DNA from: an uncultured delta proteobacterium
GTDB lineage: Bacteria; Desulfobacterota; Binatia; DP-6
Direction: 5' to 3'
Assembly: GCA_963815115.1 (NCBI GenBank)
Contig: CAWFFN010000008.1
Span: 384,001-448,000 of the forward strand
Length of the DNA: 64,000 nt
In this document: positions 63,073-64,000 of the stretch, piece after piece
How positions within the stretch are numbered: position 1 is the stretch's first letter
Layout: each line of letters opens with the position of its first letter
Notes under the pieces: generated by a model
The model's database searches: none
What the model was told of the DNA's origin: nothing
The model's input: only the letters and a program-made list of their open reading frames with translations
Position numbers and translations under genes: made by a program

Positions 63073-63999
63073 TTACTGCGCGGCGCCGAACCGCCGCTGG
63101 AGCCAGTCGACCAGGATCCGGTTCAGCGTCTCGGGATGCTCCTGCTGCGTCCAGTGGCCGCAGCGCGCGATGGTGACCATCTCGAGGTCGTCGACCAGCG
63201 ACTGCATCGCCGACGCCATCTCGGGACGCAGCGCCGCGTCCCACTCGGCCACCACCATGAGCGACGGCACGGTGATGCGCGCCCCGTCGAGGTGCGGCGT
63301 CGCCCTCCAGTTCCGGTCCATGTTGCGGTACCAGTTGATTCCGCCCGTGAACCCGGTGCGCGTGAAGGCTTCGACGTAGGCCTCGAGCTCCCCCTCCGTG
63401 AGGAGCGGCTCGCCGAGCGTATCGGGATCCTCGACCAGCTCGACCAGGTTCGGCATGCGGCCGCGCGCCGTGAGGCGTGCCTCGACGTCCGACAGCGGGA
63501 CACCGCGGCGCACGAGCTGGGTGAACACCCGGCGCACGTCGCGCGCCAGCGCCGCGTCGGCCACGCCGGGCTGCTGGAAGTGCGCGATGTAGTGGTTGTC
63601 GCCGAGGGCCGCGCGGATCATCTCGACGGGAGGCATGGGGGCGCGCGGAAAGTAGGGCGTGTTCACGCCGACGACGCCCGCCGTGCGCGCGGCATGGAGG
63701 AGCGGCATCATCCACACCACCAGCCCACCCCAGTCGTGCCCGACGAAGACGGCGCGCTCGATGCCGAGCGCGTCGAGCAGCCCGATCAGGTCGCCGGTCA
63801 GGTGATGGATGTCATAGGCGCCCACCTCCGACGGTCGATCGCTCTCGCCGTAGCCGCGCTGGTCCGGGGCGAGCACGCGGAAGCCGGCGTCGACCAGCGC
63901 GGGCACCTGATGGCGCCACGAGTAGGCGATCTCGGGGAAGCCATGGCAGAGCACCACCGCCGGCCCCGAACCCTCGTCCCGCACCGCGAGCCGGATGCC
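63073..63999 (-). CDS. Epoxide hydrolase-like alpha/beta hydrolase (5'-truncated by window edge)
   Basis: HGFPE, GHDWGG, NWYRN, GHWTQQE. Confidence 0.93.
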   Translation of the reverse strand, partial: GIRLAVRDEGSGPAVVLCHGFPEIAYSWRHQVPALVDAGFRVLAPDQRGYGESDRPSEVGAYDIHHLTGDLIGLLDALGIERAVFVGHDWGGLVVWMMPLLHAARTAGVVGVNTPYFPRAPMPPVEMIRAALGDNHYIAHFQQPGVADAALARDVRRVFTQLVRRGVPLSDVEARLTARGRMPNLVELVEDPDTLGEPLLTEGELEAYVEAFTRTGFTGGINWYRNMDRNWRATPHLDGARITVPSLMVVAEWDAALRPEMASAMQSLVDDLEMVTIARCGHWTQQEHPETLNRILVDWLQRRFGAAQ

Positions 64000-64000
64000 G

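Overview
GC-rich bacterial chromosome segment; gene content suggests Binatota/Deltaproteobacteria, which is an inference. The first ~9 kb is the right-hand part of a PICI/satellite-like element integrated at tRNA-Lys(CTT), the last gene of a tRNA Pro-Arg-His-Lys cluster. It carries a HEPN-motif DUF4209 cargo gene, an excisionase-like HTH, a Prim-Pol/PriCT-1 gene split by an intact IS3 (3-bp target duplication), an MCM-like AAA+ helicase, coupled small ORFs, an RHH protein and a tyrosine integrase. Four copies of a 31-32 bp motif lie inside the replication genes; two form a 69-bp inverted repeat, a candidate origin. The rest is mainly core and lipid metabolism: rdgB, rph, purEK, nadE, maf, infA, gluQ, clpSA, acyl-CoA ligases, SDRs and a thiolase. 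Notable accessory loci are a divergent Lgt-like gene coupled to a Cys-repeat secreted protein, a membrane rhodanese-DUF59 fusion, a sensor-less sigma54 activator next to a 59-aa RHH gene missing from the ORF track, a glycosylation/methylation cassette and a low-GC crystallin-like gene. Several +1 frameshifts look like assembly indels. All family assignments come from motif recognition, not database searches.
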